A stretch of DNA of 64,000 bases from Acidimicrobiia bacterium (GTDB lineage Bacteria > Actinomycetota > Acidimicrobiia > IMCC26256 > JBMOIJ01): NCBI GenBank assembly GCA_049317385.1, contig JBMOIJ010000010.1:527-64526 (forward strand), in the 5' to 3' direction. Positions 47,606 through 57,372 of this stretch are shown here, piece by piece. A program made the translations under genes and the position numbers. The notes below the pieces were generated by a model. The model did no database searches. It was not told the DNA's origin and was given only the letters and a program-made list of their open reading frames with translations. How positions within the stretch are numbered: position 1 is the first letter of the stretch; every line of letters begins with the position of its first letter.

Positions 47606-48532
47606 GTGAGCCCGTCGGAGCCCCCATTCAGCGACGCCCAGTACCGCCTCGTGGTGGAGCATTCGCGCGACGCGATTCTTGTGATCGACGAGCATGCGAA
47701 CGCGACCTTCGCGAGCCCGGCGTGCAAGGAAGTCCTGGGGTACGAGCCCGAGGAGCTGGTGGGTCTGAGCGGGGTCGAGCTGATTCACGCCGAGGATCTC
47801 GGGGAGGTCGCTCGTCGTCTCGGTGCGGCATATGACCCATCGATTCCCTCCGGGCCTCCACTGCGGTGCCGTCTCCGCACGGCAACCGGCGAGTACCGAT
47901 GGTTCGACCTGCGGAGTCAGTTCGCCGCACCCGACCCGTTGTTGGGCGGCATCGTCGTCAACGTGCGGGACGTGCACGACCAAGTGATTGCAGAGCGAGC
48001 AGTCGAGGAACACAAGGAGCGGCTCGCGCACATCGCGCTGCACGATGTGCTGACTGGCTTGTCGAATCGGGCCGCGTTCATCGAGCAGCTCGAGGATCTG
48101 TTGCGGTCTCGGCCGGGCGACGCGCGTTCGGCATTGCTGCTGTACGTGGACGTCGATCACTTCAAAGCGATCAACGATGCCCATGGACACGCCGTGGGCG
48201 ACGCGCTCTTGATCGCCGTGGCCGCGCGCCTGCGCGGAAGCGTGCGCGATTCGGATTTGGTTGCGCGTCTTGGCGGCGATGAGTTCGTGGTGTTGTGTGA
48301 AGGCATGAGTGATGAGGATGCGCGTCGGGTGCTCGAGCGCTTGACTACGGCCGTTCCGGAACCGTTGGTGGTGAACGCAGCTCGGGTGAATGTCACGGTG
48401 AGCATTGGCGTGGCTCGTCCGCGTGTGGGGAGCTCCGCTGACGATGTGATCGCGGCCGCCGACCGGGCGATGTATGAGGCCAAAGGGGCCGGGCGCAACC
48501 AGTGGGTGCTCGACCGGGCCAGCACGGCGTAA
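47606..48532 (+). CDS. PAS-domain diguanylate cyclase
   Basis: PAS segment (IHAED...GEYRW), HDVLTGLSNR, RDSD I-site and RLGGDEF. Confidence 0.94.
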   Translation: MSPSEPPFSDAQYRLVVEHSRDAILVIDEHANATFASPACKEVLGYEPEELVGLSGVELIHAEDLGEVARRLGAAYDPSIPSGPPLRCRLRTATGEYRWFDLRSQFAAPDPLLGGIVVNVRDVHDQVIAERAVEEHKERLAHIALHDVLTGLSNRAAFIEQLEDLLRSRPGDARSALLLYVDVDHFKAINDAHGHAVGDALLIAVAARLRGSVRDSDLVARLGGDEFVVLCEGMSDEDARRVLERLTTAVPEPLVVNAARVNVTVSIGVARPRVGSSADDVIAAADRAMYEAKGAGRNQWVLDRASTA

Positions 48533-48547
48533 TAGACCGCACCCCTC

Positions 48548-48599
48548 CGTTCTGGCGCGTGCAGACCGCTGCCGGTGGTACCGAACGCGCGCCAAAAGG
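48548..48599. repeat. REP-like palindrome, family A
   Basis: TTCTGGCGCGTGCAGACCGC...GAACGCGCGCCAAAAGG, a reverse-complement relative of 8048-8099. Confidence 0.65.
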
Positions 48600-48645
48600 G
48601 GAGGCCGTACACTGGCGGGGCCCCTTTGATCGCTGAGGAACGCTC

Positions 48646-50100
48646 GTGTTCGAAGTTCTTTCCGACCGCCTCGACGGCATCTTCAAGAAGGTTCGCTCGC
48701 GCGGGAAGCTGACCGAGCAGGACGTCGATGCGGTGATGCGGGAGATTCGTATCGCGCTCCTCGAAGCCGACGTCAACGTCAAGGTCGTGCGCGACTTCAT
48801 CGGTCGGGTGAAGGAACGCGCCGTGGGTGCTGAGGTCAGCAAGGCGCTCGACCCGGGCCAACAAATCGTCAAGATCGTCCATGAGGAATTGATCACCACG
48901 TTGGGCGGCGAGCAGGCGAAGCTCGTCATGAGTTCCAAGCCGCCCACCGTCATCATGCTGGCGGGGTTGCAGGGATCGGGAAAGACCACGCATGCCGGCA
49001 AGCTCGCCAAACATCTGAAGAGCCAGGGCTTGCAGCCGCTGTTGGTGGGAGCCGACCTCCAACGGCCCGCGGCCGTGGAGCAGTTGCGCACCCTCGCCGA
49101 GCGCGTTGGGGTTCCATTCTACAGCGCGCCCAGCGATCCGGTTTCGGTGGCGCGTGGCGCCATGGAGGAAGCGTCGCGCCTCGGTCGCAACGTGGTGATC
49201 GTCGACACGGCGGGTCGTCTGCAGATCGATGACGCGCTCATGGACGAACTCAAAGAGATCCGCAACGTGGTGCAACCACAGAACACGTTGCTGGTTGTGG
49301 ACGCGATGGCCGGTCAGGAAGCGGTCAACGTTGCAGTTGCATTCAACGAAACCGTGCCGCTCGACGGGTTGATTCTCACCAAGATCGACGGCGACGCGCG
49401 CGGTGGTGCCGCACTCAGCGTGAAGCAAGTGGTGGGCAAGCCCATCCTGTTCGTGGGAACGGGCGAAAAACTCGACGAGTTCGAACCGTTCTTCCCCGAC
49501 CGCTTGGCGGGACGCATTCTCGGTATGGGCGACGTGTTGTCGCTCATCGAGAAGGCCGAGCAGACCTTCAGCGAGCAAGAGGCCGAGAAGGCCGCGGCCA
49601 TGTTGCAGCGGGGCGAGTTCACGCTCGACGACTTCCTCGACCAGCTGCAACAGGTCAAGAAGATGGGTCCGCTGAAAAATGTCATCGGGATGATCCCGGG
49701 CCTGCCCAAGGAAGTGAAGAACGCCGACATCGACGACCACGAACTCGTGAAGGTCCAAGCGATCATCCAGTCGATGACCCGGGAAGAACGCGCCAACCCG
49801 AAGATGATCAACGGGTCGCGTCGACTGCGCATCGCGAAGGGCTGCGGCATGCAGACCCAGGACGTGAACCAGCTGCTCAAGCAGTTCTCCGAGATGAACA
49901 AGATGATGAAACAGCTCGGCGGAATGACCCGTTCCAAGAAGGGCAAGATGAAGATGGGCGGCGGGCTCCGCCAGATGCGGGAGCTCGCAAACCTCCAGGG
50001 CGGGGGTGGGCTCGAAGGCCTGGCCGGCCTGGGCGGACCGGGCGCGCCGGGCGCCCTGGGTTCGGGTCTGCCGCCCAGTGATTTCCCCGGCAAGAACTGA
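48646..50100 (+). CDS. ffh: Signal recognition particle protein
   Basis: [26 protein letters not shown] and Met-rich M domain. Confidence 0.97.
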   Translation: MFEVLSDRLDGIFKKVRSRGKLTEQDVDAVMREIRIALLEADVNVKVVRDFIGRVKERAVGAEVSKALDPGQQIVKIVHEELITTLGGEQAKLVMSSKPPTVIMLAGLQGSGKTTHAGKLAKHLKSQGLQPLLVGADLQRPAAVEQLRTLAERVGVPFYSAPSDPVSVARGAMEEASRLGRNVVIVDTAGRLQIDDALMDELKEIRNVVQPQNTLLVVDAMAGQEAVNVAVAFNETVPLDGLILTKIDGDARGGAALSVKQVVGKPILFVGTGEKLDEFEPFFPDRLAGRILGMGDVLSLIEKAEQTFSEQEAEKAAAMLQRGEFTLDDFLDQLQQVKKMGPLKNVIGMIPGLPKEVKNADIDDHELVKVQAIIQSMTREERANPKMINGSRRLRIAKGCGMQTQDVNQLLKQFSEMNKMMKQLGGMTRSKKGKMKMGGGLRQMRELANLQGGGGLEGLAGLGGPGAPGALGSGLPPSDFPGKN

Positions 50101-50186
50101 CTTCGCCCGAACCGGCTAACCTCTCCAGGTCCTCGGGCCGGCCATCAACCTCCTCGGTCGCCCTTGCCGCTTCAGGAGCGAATTTC

Positions 50187-50606
50187 GTGGCAGTGAAGAT
50201 CCGCCTCATGCGGGTAGGGAAGAAGAAGCAACCGTTCTACCGAGTGGTCGTGGCCGACGAGCGTTCGCCGCGTGACGGTCGGTTCATCGAGATCATCGGG
50301 CAGTACGACCCCCGGCGCGAGCCCACCTTCGTCAACATCGACAACGAGAAGGCACTCGGCTGGTTGAAGAACGGCGCCCAGCCCACGGTGCAGGTGCAGA
50401 AGCTCCTCGCTTCCACTGGGATCTGGGAGGAGTTCGCCAAGGGCAAGAAGAAGGCCCCGAAGGTGGCGCCGCCGAAGGCTCCGAAGCCGACCGAAGCTCC
50501 GGCCGAGGAAGCCCCGGCTGCCGAAGCCGACGTGCCGGCCGAAGAAGCGCCGGTTGCCGAAGCCGACGCAGTTGAGGAAACCACCGAGACCGAAGGCGGC
50601 GAGTGA
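50187..50606 (+). CDS. rpsP: 30S ribosomal protein S16 with acidic tail
   Basis: [23 protein letters not shown]...RDGRFIE. Confidence 0.97.
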   Translation: MAVKIRLMRVGKKKQPFYRVVVADERSPRDGRFIEIIGQYDPRREPTFVNIDNEKALGWLKNGAQPTVQVQKLLASTGIWEEFAKGKKKAPKVAPPKAPKPTEAPAEEAPAAEADVPAEEAPVAEADAVEETTETEGGE

Positions 50607-50926
50607 CCATGCCCGAGCCGGGGAACGTTGCCGACGACATCGTCGAGGACGACGAGTTCGGCGGTGAGGGCAACCGCATCGTCGGCGCCCGCGCCACGTC
50701 GGTTGTCGAGCACATCGTGAAGTCCTTGGTCGACGAACCCGACTTGGTCGACATCGACGTTTCCGAGCGGGGCAACGGCCGGGTGCTCATCATGATCCAT
50801 GCCGGTCCCGACGACATGGGGCGTCTCATCGGTCGCCGTGGACGCGTCATTCAGTCGATCCGACGGGTGGCGGTGGCCGCCGGCGCCACTGAGGGCGTGA
50901 AGGTCGAAGTCGACACCGCCGACTGA
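50603..50926 (+). CDS. khpA: KH-domain RNA-binding protein (KhpA-like)
   Basis: [11 protein letters not shown], between rpsP and rimM. Confidence 0.88.
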   Translation: MTMPEPGNVADDIVEDDEFGGEGNRIVGARATSVVEHIVKSLVDEPDLVDIDVSERGNGRVLIMIHAGPDDMGRLIGRRGRVIQSIRRVAVAAGATEGVKVEVDTAD

Positions 50927-50945
50927 TCAAGCGATCGTCCTCAGC

Positions 50946-51416
50946 GTGTCTGGTGAGCAACTCGAACTCGGTCACGTGGGCAAGGCCCACGGCTTGAAGG
51001 GCGAAGTTCATATCGTTGCCACCACCAATCGTGACGAGCGGTTCCGTCCCGGCGAGTCACTCACCGTCGACGGCGAAGACCGGGTCATCGCGTCCTCTCG
51101 CCAGCATCAAGGTCGGTGGTTGGTGCGCTTCGAAGGCGTCGATGATCGATCGGCCGCCGAATCGTTGCGCGGTGCGTTGATCACCGGCGAGCCCTTGGGC
51201 GAACTCCCTCCCGGCGAGGTGTGGGTGCACGACTTGGTGGGTTCCGAAGTGCGCGAGGTCAACGGTCAGGCGCGCGGCACGGTGGTCGCCGTCGTGGTGA
51301 ACCCGGCGCACGACCTCCTCGAACTCGACTCGGGCGTCCTCGTACCCATGCCGTTCGTGCGTGAGGTTGCCCCCGGCGTGGTCACCATCGACCCACCCGC
51401 CGGCTTGTTCGACTGA
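50946..51416 (+). CDS. rimM: Ribosome maturation factor RimM
   Basis: GKAHGLKGEV, DRSAAESLRG and LVPMPFV. Confidence 0.93.
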   Translation: MSGEQLELGHVGKAHGLKGEVHIVATTNRDERFRPGESLTVDGEDRVIASSRQHQGRWLVRFEGVDDRSAAESLRGALITGEPLGELPPGEVWVHDLVGSEVREVNGQARGTVVAVVVNPAHDLLELDSGVLVPMPFVREVAPGVVTIDPPAGLFD

Positions 51417-51423
51417 GGTGCGC

Positions 51424-52143
51424 ATGCGCATCGACGTCTTCTCGCTGTTTCCCGAGTACCTGCAGGCGCCACTCGACGCGGCGCTCCTGGGGAAGGCGCG
51501 CACTACGGGGTTACTCGACATCCGCGTCCACAACCCGCGGGAGCACACGTCCGACGTCCATCACACCGTCGACGACGCGCCGTTTGGTGGTGGCGCCGGC
51601 ATGGTGATGATGGCGGAGCCATTGTTCGCGTCAGTTGAGGCCGCGCAACCGCAACGGCCGCTGTTCCTGCTGTCCGCGGCCGGGCGGCGCTTCGATCAGC
51701 GGGTGGCCGAGGAACTGGCGGCCGGTCCCGGGTTCTCGCTCATCTGCGGCCGTTACGAGGGCGTCGACCAGCGGGTGGCCGACAATTGCTGCGACGGCGA
51801 ACTCTCGGTGGGCGACTTCGTGCTCGCCGGCGGCGAGGCCGCCGCACTCATCGTCATCGAGGCCGTCACCCGCTTGGTGCCCGGCGTGATGGGCAACGCC
51901 GCCAGCGGCACCGACGAGAGCTACGCCGCCGGCCTCCTCGAGTACCCGCAGTACACCCGGCCGGCCGAGTTCCGGGGCTGGTCGGTGCCCGAGGTGCTGC
52001 GCTCGGGGGACCACGCCAAGGTCGCCCGGTGGCGGCGCGCCCAGGCCCTGGCCCGCACGGTGCGGGAACGCCCGGACCTGCTGGTGGGGCGCTCGCTCGA
52101 CGACTCCGACCGGGCCCTCCTGGCCGAGTTCGACCTCGACTGA
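51424..52143 (+). CDS. trmD: tRNA (guanine-N1)-methyltransferase
   Basis: VDDAPFGGGAGMV, CGRYEGVDQR and LEYPQYTRP. Confidence 0.97.
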   Translation: MRIDVFSLFPEYLQAPLDAALLGKARTTGLLDIRVHNPREHTSDVHHTVDDAPFGGGAGMVMMAEPLFASVEAAQPQRPLFLLSAAGRRFDQRVAEELAAGPGFSLICGRYEGVDQRVADNCCDGELSVGDFVLAGGEAAALIVIEAVTRLVPGVMGNAASGTDESYAAGLLEYPQYTRPAEFRGWSVPEVLRSGDHAKVARWRRAQALARTVRERPDLLVGRSLDDSDRALLAEFDLD

Positions 52144-52275
52144 GGCCCCGCCGCCGAGCCGATCGGGTGCGCCCGATCCGGCTCGCCCTCGCTTGGCTAC
52201 ACTCTCACCTTCGGCCCGCCGGCCCGTCCGGTGTTTCGGCCCCTGTTCATCCCCAGCCTTGAGGTGTTTCCGGCC

Positions 52276-52620
52276 ATGCAGCCCACCGATCTCGTCGACC
52301 GTGCCTCGCTTCGCACCGACATCCCCGACTTCGCCCCGGGCGACACCGTTCGTGTCGGCGTGAAGATCGTCGAGGGCAACAAGGAGCGCGTCCAGGCGTT
52401 CGAGGGCGTCGTCATTCGTCGCCAGGGCAGCGGCGTGCGCGAAACCTTCACGGTGCGCAAGGTCACCAACGGCGTCGGCGTCGAGCGCACGTTCCCGTTG
52501 CACTCGCCCATCATCGATTCCCTCGAACTGCGCACCCGAGGCGACGTCCGTCGGGCCAAGCTGTACTACCTGCGCGACCGCGTCGGGAAGGCTGCGAAGA
52601 TCAAGGAAAAGCGCTTCTGA
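52276..52620 (+). CDS. rplS: 50S ribosomal protein L19
   Basis: [18 protein letters not shown] and [10 protein letters not shown]. Confidence 0.97.
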   Translation: MQPTDLVDRASLRTDIPDFAPGDTVRVGVKIVEGNKERVQAFEGVVIRRQGSGVRETFTVRKVTNGVGVERTFPLHSPIIDSLELRTRGDVRRAKLYYLRDRVGKAAKIKEKRF

Positions 52621-52639
52621 TGACGGTTCGGGGCTTGGC

Positions 52640-52933
52640 ATGAGTGCCGAGGATCTCGAGCGGTACGAAACCGAGATCGAACTCCAGCTCTACAAGGAGT
52701 ACCGCGACGTCCTGCCGATGTTCACATACGTCGTCGAGACGGAGCGCCGCTTCTATCTGGCCAACTCGGTGAACCTCGATGTCAAGAACGAGAACGGTCG
52801 CGTGTACTACGAGCTGCGACTCCAGGACGCATGGGTCTGGGACATGTACCGACCGGCGCGTTTCGTGACCGACGTACGGGTGCTCACGTTCAAGGACGTG
52901 AACATCGAAGAACTCGCCGGCAAGGACATCTGA
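52640..52933 (+). CDS. DUF2469 family protein
   Basis: MSAEDLERYE...VVETERRFYLAN...DAWVWDMYRPARF. Confidence 0.93.
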   Translation: MSAEDLERYETEIELQLYKEYRDVLPMFTYVVETERRFYLANSVNLDVKNENGRVYYELRLQDAWVWDMYRPARFVTDVRVLTFKDVNIEELAGKDI

Positions 52934-52973
52934 CGCCCGTCGCCTGATCGCAACCCGGACCGCGTGGTCTGGC

Positions 52974-53324
52974 GTGCACGAACGATCGCTCCTGGGCCGA
53001 CGTGGGGAAGACGCCGCAGCCGGGTTCTACGAGTCGAACGGTTTCACCGTCCTCGACCGCAACTGGCACGGTCCCGAAGGGGAACTCGATCTGGTGCTGT
53101 CACGCGGGCGACTCGTGGTGTTCTGCGAGGTGAAGACCCGACGCAACACTGCGTTCGGTACGCCGGCTGACGCAGTCACTGCGGTCAAGCAGCAGAAGCT
53201 GCGTACGACGGCACTCCGATGGATCCAGGAGCACCGAGGTCGCTACGAGACCCGCTTTGACGTGGCGGCCGTCCTGATGGACGGCGACGACGCGCGCGTG
53301 GAGTTGATCACGAACGCGTTCTGA
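52974..53324 (+). CDS. yraN: YraN family nuclease
   Basis: LGRRGEDAA, RNW...GELDLV, FCEVKTR and RFDV. Confidence 0.93.
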   Translation: MHERSLLGRRGEDAAAGFYESNGFTVLDRNWHGPEGELDLVLSRGRLVVFCEVKTRRNTAFGTPADAVTAVKQQKLRTTALRWIQEHRGRYETRFDVAAVLMDGDDARVELITNAF

Positions 53325-53340
53325 CGCAGCTCGCAGTCAC

Positions 53341-53547
53341 CTACGAACGACGGTTCCAGCAGGCCTTGTGCCAGTGGCGTCGCAAGGTGGAGTCGGTGGT
53401 GGGTACCACCACGACGTGATGCTCGCCGACCCGGATCTCATGGTCACACCCCGGACATCGATATTCCTTCACGGCCTCGTAGGGCTGCACGAACCGAGCG
53501 TCGAAGCCGCTTCGTAGGGCGGCGTCGTGGTCGGGGTCGAAGCTCAT
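53341..53547 (-). CDS. Small Zn-ribbon-like protein (conserved actinobacterial type)
   Basis: YRCPGCDHEI...HVV...RRHWHKACW. ATGA overlap with the upstream peptide. Confidence 0.8.
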   Translation of the reverse strand: MSFDPDHDAALRSGFDARFVQPYEAVKEYRCPGCDHEIRVGEHHVVVVPTTDSTLRRHWHKACWNRRS

Positions 53548-53654
53548 CCGCCGAACAGGCCCCACGCGAGGAGCGCCACGACGGCAACGAGCGCGGCGGC
53601 CACGAACACGATGTCGCTCGGTTTGCGCTTGCCGCCGAAGGGGTTCAGTCCCAT
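53544..53654 (-). CDS. 36-aa single-TM peptide
   Basis: MGLNPFGGKRKPSDIVFVAAALVAVVALLAWGLFGG. TACGCT lies 7 nt before the ATG. Confidence 0.6.
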   Translation of the reverse strand: MGLNPFGGKRKPSDIVFVAAALVAVVALLAWGLFGG

Positions 53655-53688
53655 GGTGTCGAGCGTACCCAGCACTAGCGTCGGGAGC

Positions 53689-54480
53689 ATGAGCGACTCG
53701 CATCTGCTGGTGGACCGAGCCGACGCGGTGGCCACCATCACGTTCAACCGGCCCGACAAGAAGAACGCGATGACCGGCCCGATGTGGGACGCGTTGCTCG
53801 CGGCGCTCACGGAGCTGGGCGCAGATCGCGCGGTGCGCGTGGTGGTGTTGACCGGCTCCGATGATTCGTTTTGCGCGGGTCAGGACTTGTTGGACCCGGT
53901 GAACGCGTTGCGGTTCAACGGCGTGGGCGGCGCATTGACCACCATGCGCATGATGAGCGACGTGGCGATGGCGTTGCACGAGTTGCCGCAGCCCACGATT
54001 GCGGCGGTGAACGGAGTGGCGGCCGGGGCCGGCGCAAACTTGGCGCTGGGTTGCGATCTCATCGTGGCGGCCCAGACCGCGCGGTTCTCGCAGATCTCCA
54101 CCAAGCGCGGCCTGACCCTGGACCTGGGTGGCTCGTGGTTGCTGCCGCGGCTGGTGGGTTTGCCCAAGGCCAAGGAATTGGCGTTCCTGGGTGACATGGT
54201 GAGTGCCGCCGATGCCGAACGGTTGGGGTTGATCAATCGAGTGGTGGCCGACGAGGAACTGACGCACGCCGTGCGGGCGCTGGCGGAACAGCTGGCCGCC
54301 GGCCCGCCGTTGGCCATGAGCGCGATGAAGCGACAGCTGAACGATTCGATGCAGCAGTCGTTGGCGCAGGCGTTGGAAGCCGAAGCGGTGGCCCAAGCCA
54401 TGCTGTTCTCGACCGACGATGTGCGCGAAGCGGTGACGGCGTTCATCGAGAAGCGGCCGCCGCACTTCACCGGCCAGTAG
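53689..54480 (+). CDS. Enoyl-CoA hydratase/isomerase (PaaG-like)
   Basis: NRPDKKNA, FCAGQDL, AVNGVAAGAG and FIEKRPPHFTG. Confidence 0.93.
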   Translation: MSDSHLLVDRADAVATITFNRPDKKNAMTGPMWDALLAALTELGADRAVRVVVLTGSDDSFCAGQDLLDPVNALRFNGVGGALTTMRMMSDVAMALHELPQPTIAAVNGVAAGAGANLALGCDLIVAAQTARFSQISTKRGLTLDLGGSWLLPRLVGLPKAKELAFLGDMVSAADAERLGLINRVVADEELTHAVRALAEQLAAGPPLAMSAMKRQLNDSMQQSLAQALEAEAVAQAMLFSTDDVREAVTAFIEKRPPHFTGQ

Positions 54481-54497
54481 CGCGTGACGGGCGCGCA

Positions 54498-55625
54498 TCA
54501 CGTGGCCCACCAACGCCCGCGCTCGTAACGGGCCCCGCCATCGGCGCGCAGTGACCGCAGCTGCGCCGACAGCGTGGCCGCATCGAGGCCGGTGGTTTCG
54601 AGGAGTTCGTCGAGGCTTGCACCCCGATCGGCCATGGCCGTGCGCACTGTGGTGGCAGTGGCCGTGCGCGGTGGTTCGCAATCGGGGCTCCACACGGCAT
54701 CGATGCCCGCCGGGACGTCGAGATCGAGCGCCATGAACACATCGGACGGCCGCACCAGTGGATGGGCGCCGTCGGCGATGAGGGCGTTGCACCCGGCGGC
54801 GGTGGGGTTGCGACGCGAGCCGGGTTGGGCCAGCACTGCCCGGCCGTATTCCAACGCGTGTTCGGCCGTGATACGCGCGCCGCCGCGCTCGGTGGCTTCG
54901 GTGACGACCACGGCGTCGGAGAGCGCGGCGATGATGCGGTTGCGCACCGGGAAGCGACCCGGTTCCGGCCCCACGCCGAACCCAGATTCGCTGAGGATGC
55001 CGCCGTGCTCGAGCACTTGGCGCGCGAGCGCCTCGTGGCGGCGGGGGTAGACGATGTCGAGCCCAGTGGCCACCACGGCCACGGTGTGGCCGCCCGCAGC
55101 AATGGCGCCGCGATGCGCAGCTGCGTCGACGCCAATGGCCAGGCCGCTGATGACCACTACGCCGGCCGCGGCGAGCGCGGCGGCGAGCCGCTCGGTATCG
55201 GCCCGGCCCGACGGGGTGGCTGCGCGCGTGCCGACGATGCCGACTCGGAGTGCACGTCCGGGCGCGAGCACGTCGAGTTGGCGACCCTCGCCGAGGAGGA
55301 CGCGCGGCTGGTGGGGTACTGGCCGGGTGATGGGGTAGCCGGGGTCGTGATCGCGCCAGATGCGGGTGCCGCGTTGCTCGCAACGTGCGCCGACAACGTC
55401 GGGGTCGACGGCGCGCCAGCGGGCGGCGAGTCGCTGCGCGGCGGACAAGCCGGTCTTGGGCGTCTCGAGGCATCCGACCACGGCTCCGTCGCCGGCGTGG
55501 ATGGCGGCGAGGGCAGTGGTGGCGCGGCCCCAGCGGCGGAGCAATGCGTTGAGCCGGCCGGGATGCATCTCGGGCAGGCAGGCCAACGTGGCGGCGGCGC
55601 GTTGTTCGGCAGTGAGCGCGCTCAT
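54498..55625 (-). CDS. dprA: DNA-processing protein DprA
   Basis: IVGTRAAT, ISGLAIGVDAAAHRGA, FPVRNRIIAALS and GCNALIADGA. Confidence 0.95.
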   Translation of the reverse strand: MSALTAEQRAAATLACLPEMHPGRLNALLRRWGRATTALAAIHAGDGAVVGCLETPKTGLSAAQRLAARWRAVDPDVVGARCEQRGTRIWRDHDPGYPITRPVPHQPRVLLGEGRQLDVLAPGRALRVGIVGTRAATPSGRADTERLAAALAAAGVVVISGLAIGVDAAAHRGAIAAGGHTVAVVATGLDIVYPRRHEALARQVLEHGGILSESGFGVGPEPGRFPVRNRIIAALSDAVVVTEATERGGARITAEHALEYGRAVLAQPGSRRNPTAAGCNALIADGAHPLVRPSDVFMALDLDVPAGIDAVWSPDCEPPRTATATTVRTAMADRGASLDELLETTGLDAATLSAQLRSLRADGGARYERGRWWAT

Positions 55626-57127
55626 GGCACGTCCTCGCGCAGGAGTGCGGCTTCGAGGACGTGGGCAGTGTCCACGGCGGCGGAATCGGCGAGGTCGGCG
55701 ATGGTGCGTGCCACTCGCAAGATGCGGGCGGCACCGCGACCGCTGAGCGCGAGCCGTTCGACTTCGTCGCGCCAGCACGAGGCGGCGTCGGGGGTGGCGC
55801 CGATCAGGTCGTCGAGCGCGCCGGGTGGAATGTGGGCGTTGCGAGCCCACGGTGCGTGGGCGTAGCGCGCGCGTTGGCGGGCTACTGCGGTCATCACCCG
55901 GGTACGGACCTCGGCGGACGACTCGCCTGCGCGCGCAGTGGCGGCCGGCGGTTCGACCCAACACCGAAGGTCGAATCGGTCGAGGAGCGGAGCCGAGAGG
56001 CGGCGCAGGTAGCGCTCGCGGTCGACGGGACGACATGCGCACTTCTCGGGCGGCAGACCGCACGGGCAGGGGTTGGTGCACGCGATCAGTTGGAAGTTCG
56101 CCGGGAACTCGATGGAGGTGCCGACGCGCGACAGTCGGACGACGCGATCTTCGAGCGGTTGGCGCAGACACTCGAGCGCGCGCGGCGCGAACTCGCCCAA
56201 CTCATCGAGGAACAGCGTGCCGTGGTGGGCCGCCGTGACCTCGCCGATGGTGAGCTTGCCGCTGCCGCCGCCCACCAGTGCCAGCGGAGAGCATGTGTGG
56301 TGCGGGGAGCGGAATGGCCGTCGGCTGGCGAGCGCCTGCGGTGGTTCGCCCCCGATGACCGAGTGCACGCGGGTGACGTCGATGGCTTCGTCGGCGTCGA
56401 GCGGCGAGCAGATGGTGGGGAAGCGCTGGGCCACCAAGGTCTTGCCGGCCCCCGGCGGACCAACGAGCAGGAGATGGTGCCGGCCGGCCGCCGCGATCTC
56501 GAGGGCGCGGCGCGCAACGGTGAGGCCGCGCACGTCGGCGAGGTCCCCGACTTCGGCAACGTCAATTGCGGGGTCGTCGGACGCGAGTTCGGGTGGCCGG
56601 ACGCGTGTGAAGACGTCTTCGCCTTTCAGGCAACGACCGAGTTCGCCAAGCGTTGCGACGGGGAGCACTCTGATGCTGTCGACGAGTGCTGCTTCGGTGG
56701 CGTTGGCGTGCGGGACGATGACCGACTCGACTCCGGCGCGCGCCAACGCGTCGACCAACACGAATGCGCCGCGTACCGGCCGCACGGTGCCGTCCAGTCC
56801 GAGCTCGCCGAGGACGCCCACGCCGTCGAGCGCGCCGGCGGGAAACACGCCGGCGGCGCTGAGCACGCCACACGCCACGGCGAGTTCGAGCCCCGAGCCG
56901 CTCTTGCGGAGATCTCCGGGCGCAAGGTTGACCGTCATGCGCTTGTTGGGCCACGAGAGATCGGAGGACAGCACGGCGGCGCGTGCACGCTCGCGGCTTT
57001 CGCGTACTGCGGTGTCGGGGAGACCCACGATCTGGAACCCCGGCAACCCTTCGGAGATGTGGACCTCGACCCACACGGGTTGGGCGTGCACGCCGCTGAG
57101 CGCGGCGCTGCGGATGGTGGCGAGCAC
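55622..57127 (-). CDS. comM: YifB/ComM Mg-chelatase-like AAA+ ATPase
   Basis: IVGLPDTAVRESRER, GPPGAGKT, PFRSPHH, NPCPCG and PLLDRFD. GAGGAGG RBS. Confidence 0.95.
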   Translation of the reverse strand: MLATIRSAALSGVHAQPVWVEVHISEGLPGFQIVGLPDTAVRESRERARAAVLSSDLSWPNKRMTVNLAPGDLRKSGSGLELAVACGVLSAAGVFPAGALDGVGVLGELGLDGTVRPVRGAFVLVDALARAGVESVIVPHANATEAALVDSIRVLPVATLGELGRCLKGEDVFTRVRPPELASDDPAIDVAEVGDLADVRGLTVARRALEIAAAGRHHLLLVGPPGAGKTLVAQRFPTICSPLDADEAIDVTRVHSVIGGEPPQALASRRPFRSPHHTCSPLALVGGGSGKLTIGEVTAAHHGTLFLDELGEFAPRALECLRQPLEDRVVRLSRVGTSIEFPANFQLIACTNPCPCGLPPEKCACRPVDRERYLRRLSAPLLDRFDLRCWVEPPAATARAGESSAEVRTRVMTAVARQRARYAHAPWARNAHIPPGALDDLIGATPDAASCWRDEVERLALSGRGAARILRVARTIADLADSAAVDTAHVLEAALLREDVP

Positions 57128-57242
57128 GGTGGCCTCCTCGCTGCGGGCGCACCCGCACGGATCGCGGCGGGCGTACCCGGACTGATGAACACGAGAGGAG
57201 GACCGAACCGCGGCCGACTCGACGGACCCGAAGGTGTGCCGG

Positions 57243-57264
57243 ACCCTACGGAGGGGGTGTGACA
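57243..57264 (-). promoter_or_regulatory. PafBC/RecA-independent-type promoter of comM-dprA
   Basis: Minus strand reads TGTCAC-ACCCCCTCCG-TAGGGT. Confidence 0.7.
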
Positions 57265-57337
57265 GCGACGCCGGGCCCGTTGGTCAGGGGTGTTCCGGCC
57301 CGGGCCGCGCTGGCCGCCGAATGACGCGAAGCGTGCA

Positions 57338-57366
57338 TTGACCCGCGCGCAGCGCGCGCCTAGCGT
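57338..57366 (+). promoter_or_regulatory. Sigma-A leaderless promoter of xerC-whiG
   Basis: TTGACC-N17-TAGCGT, 6 nt before ATG 57373. Confidence 0.75.
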
Positions 57367-57372
57367 CGCCGC

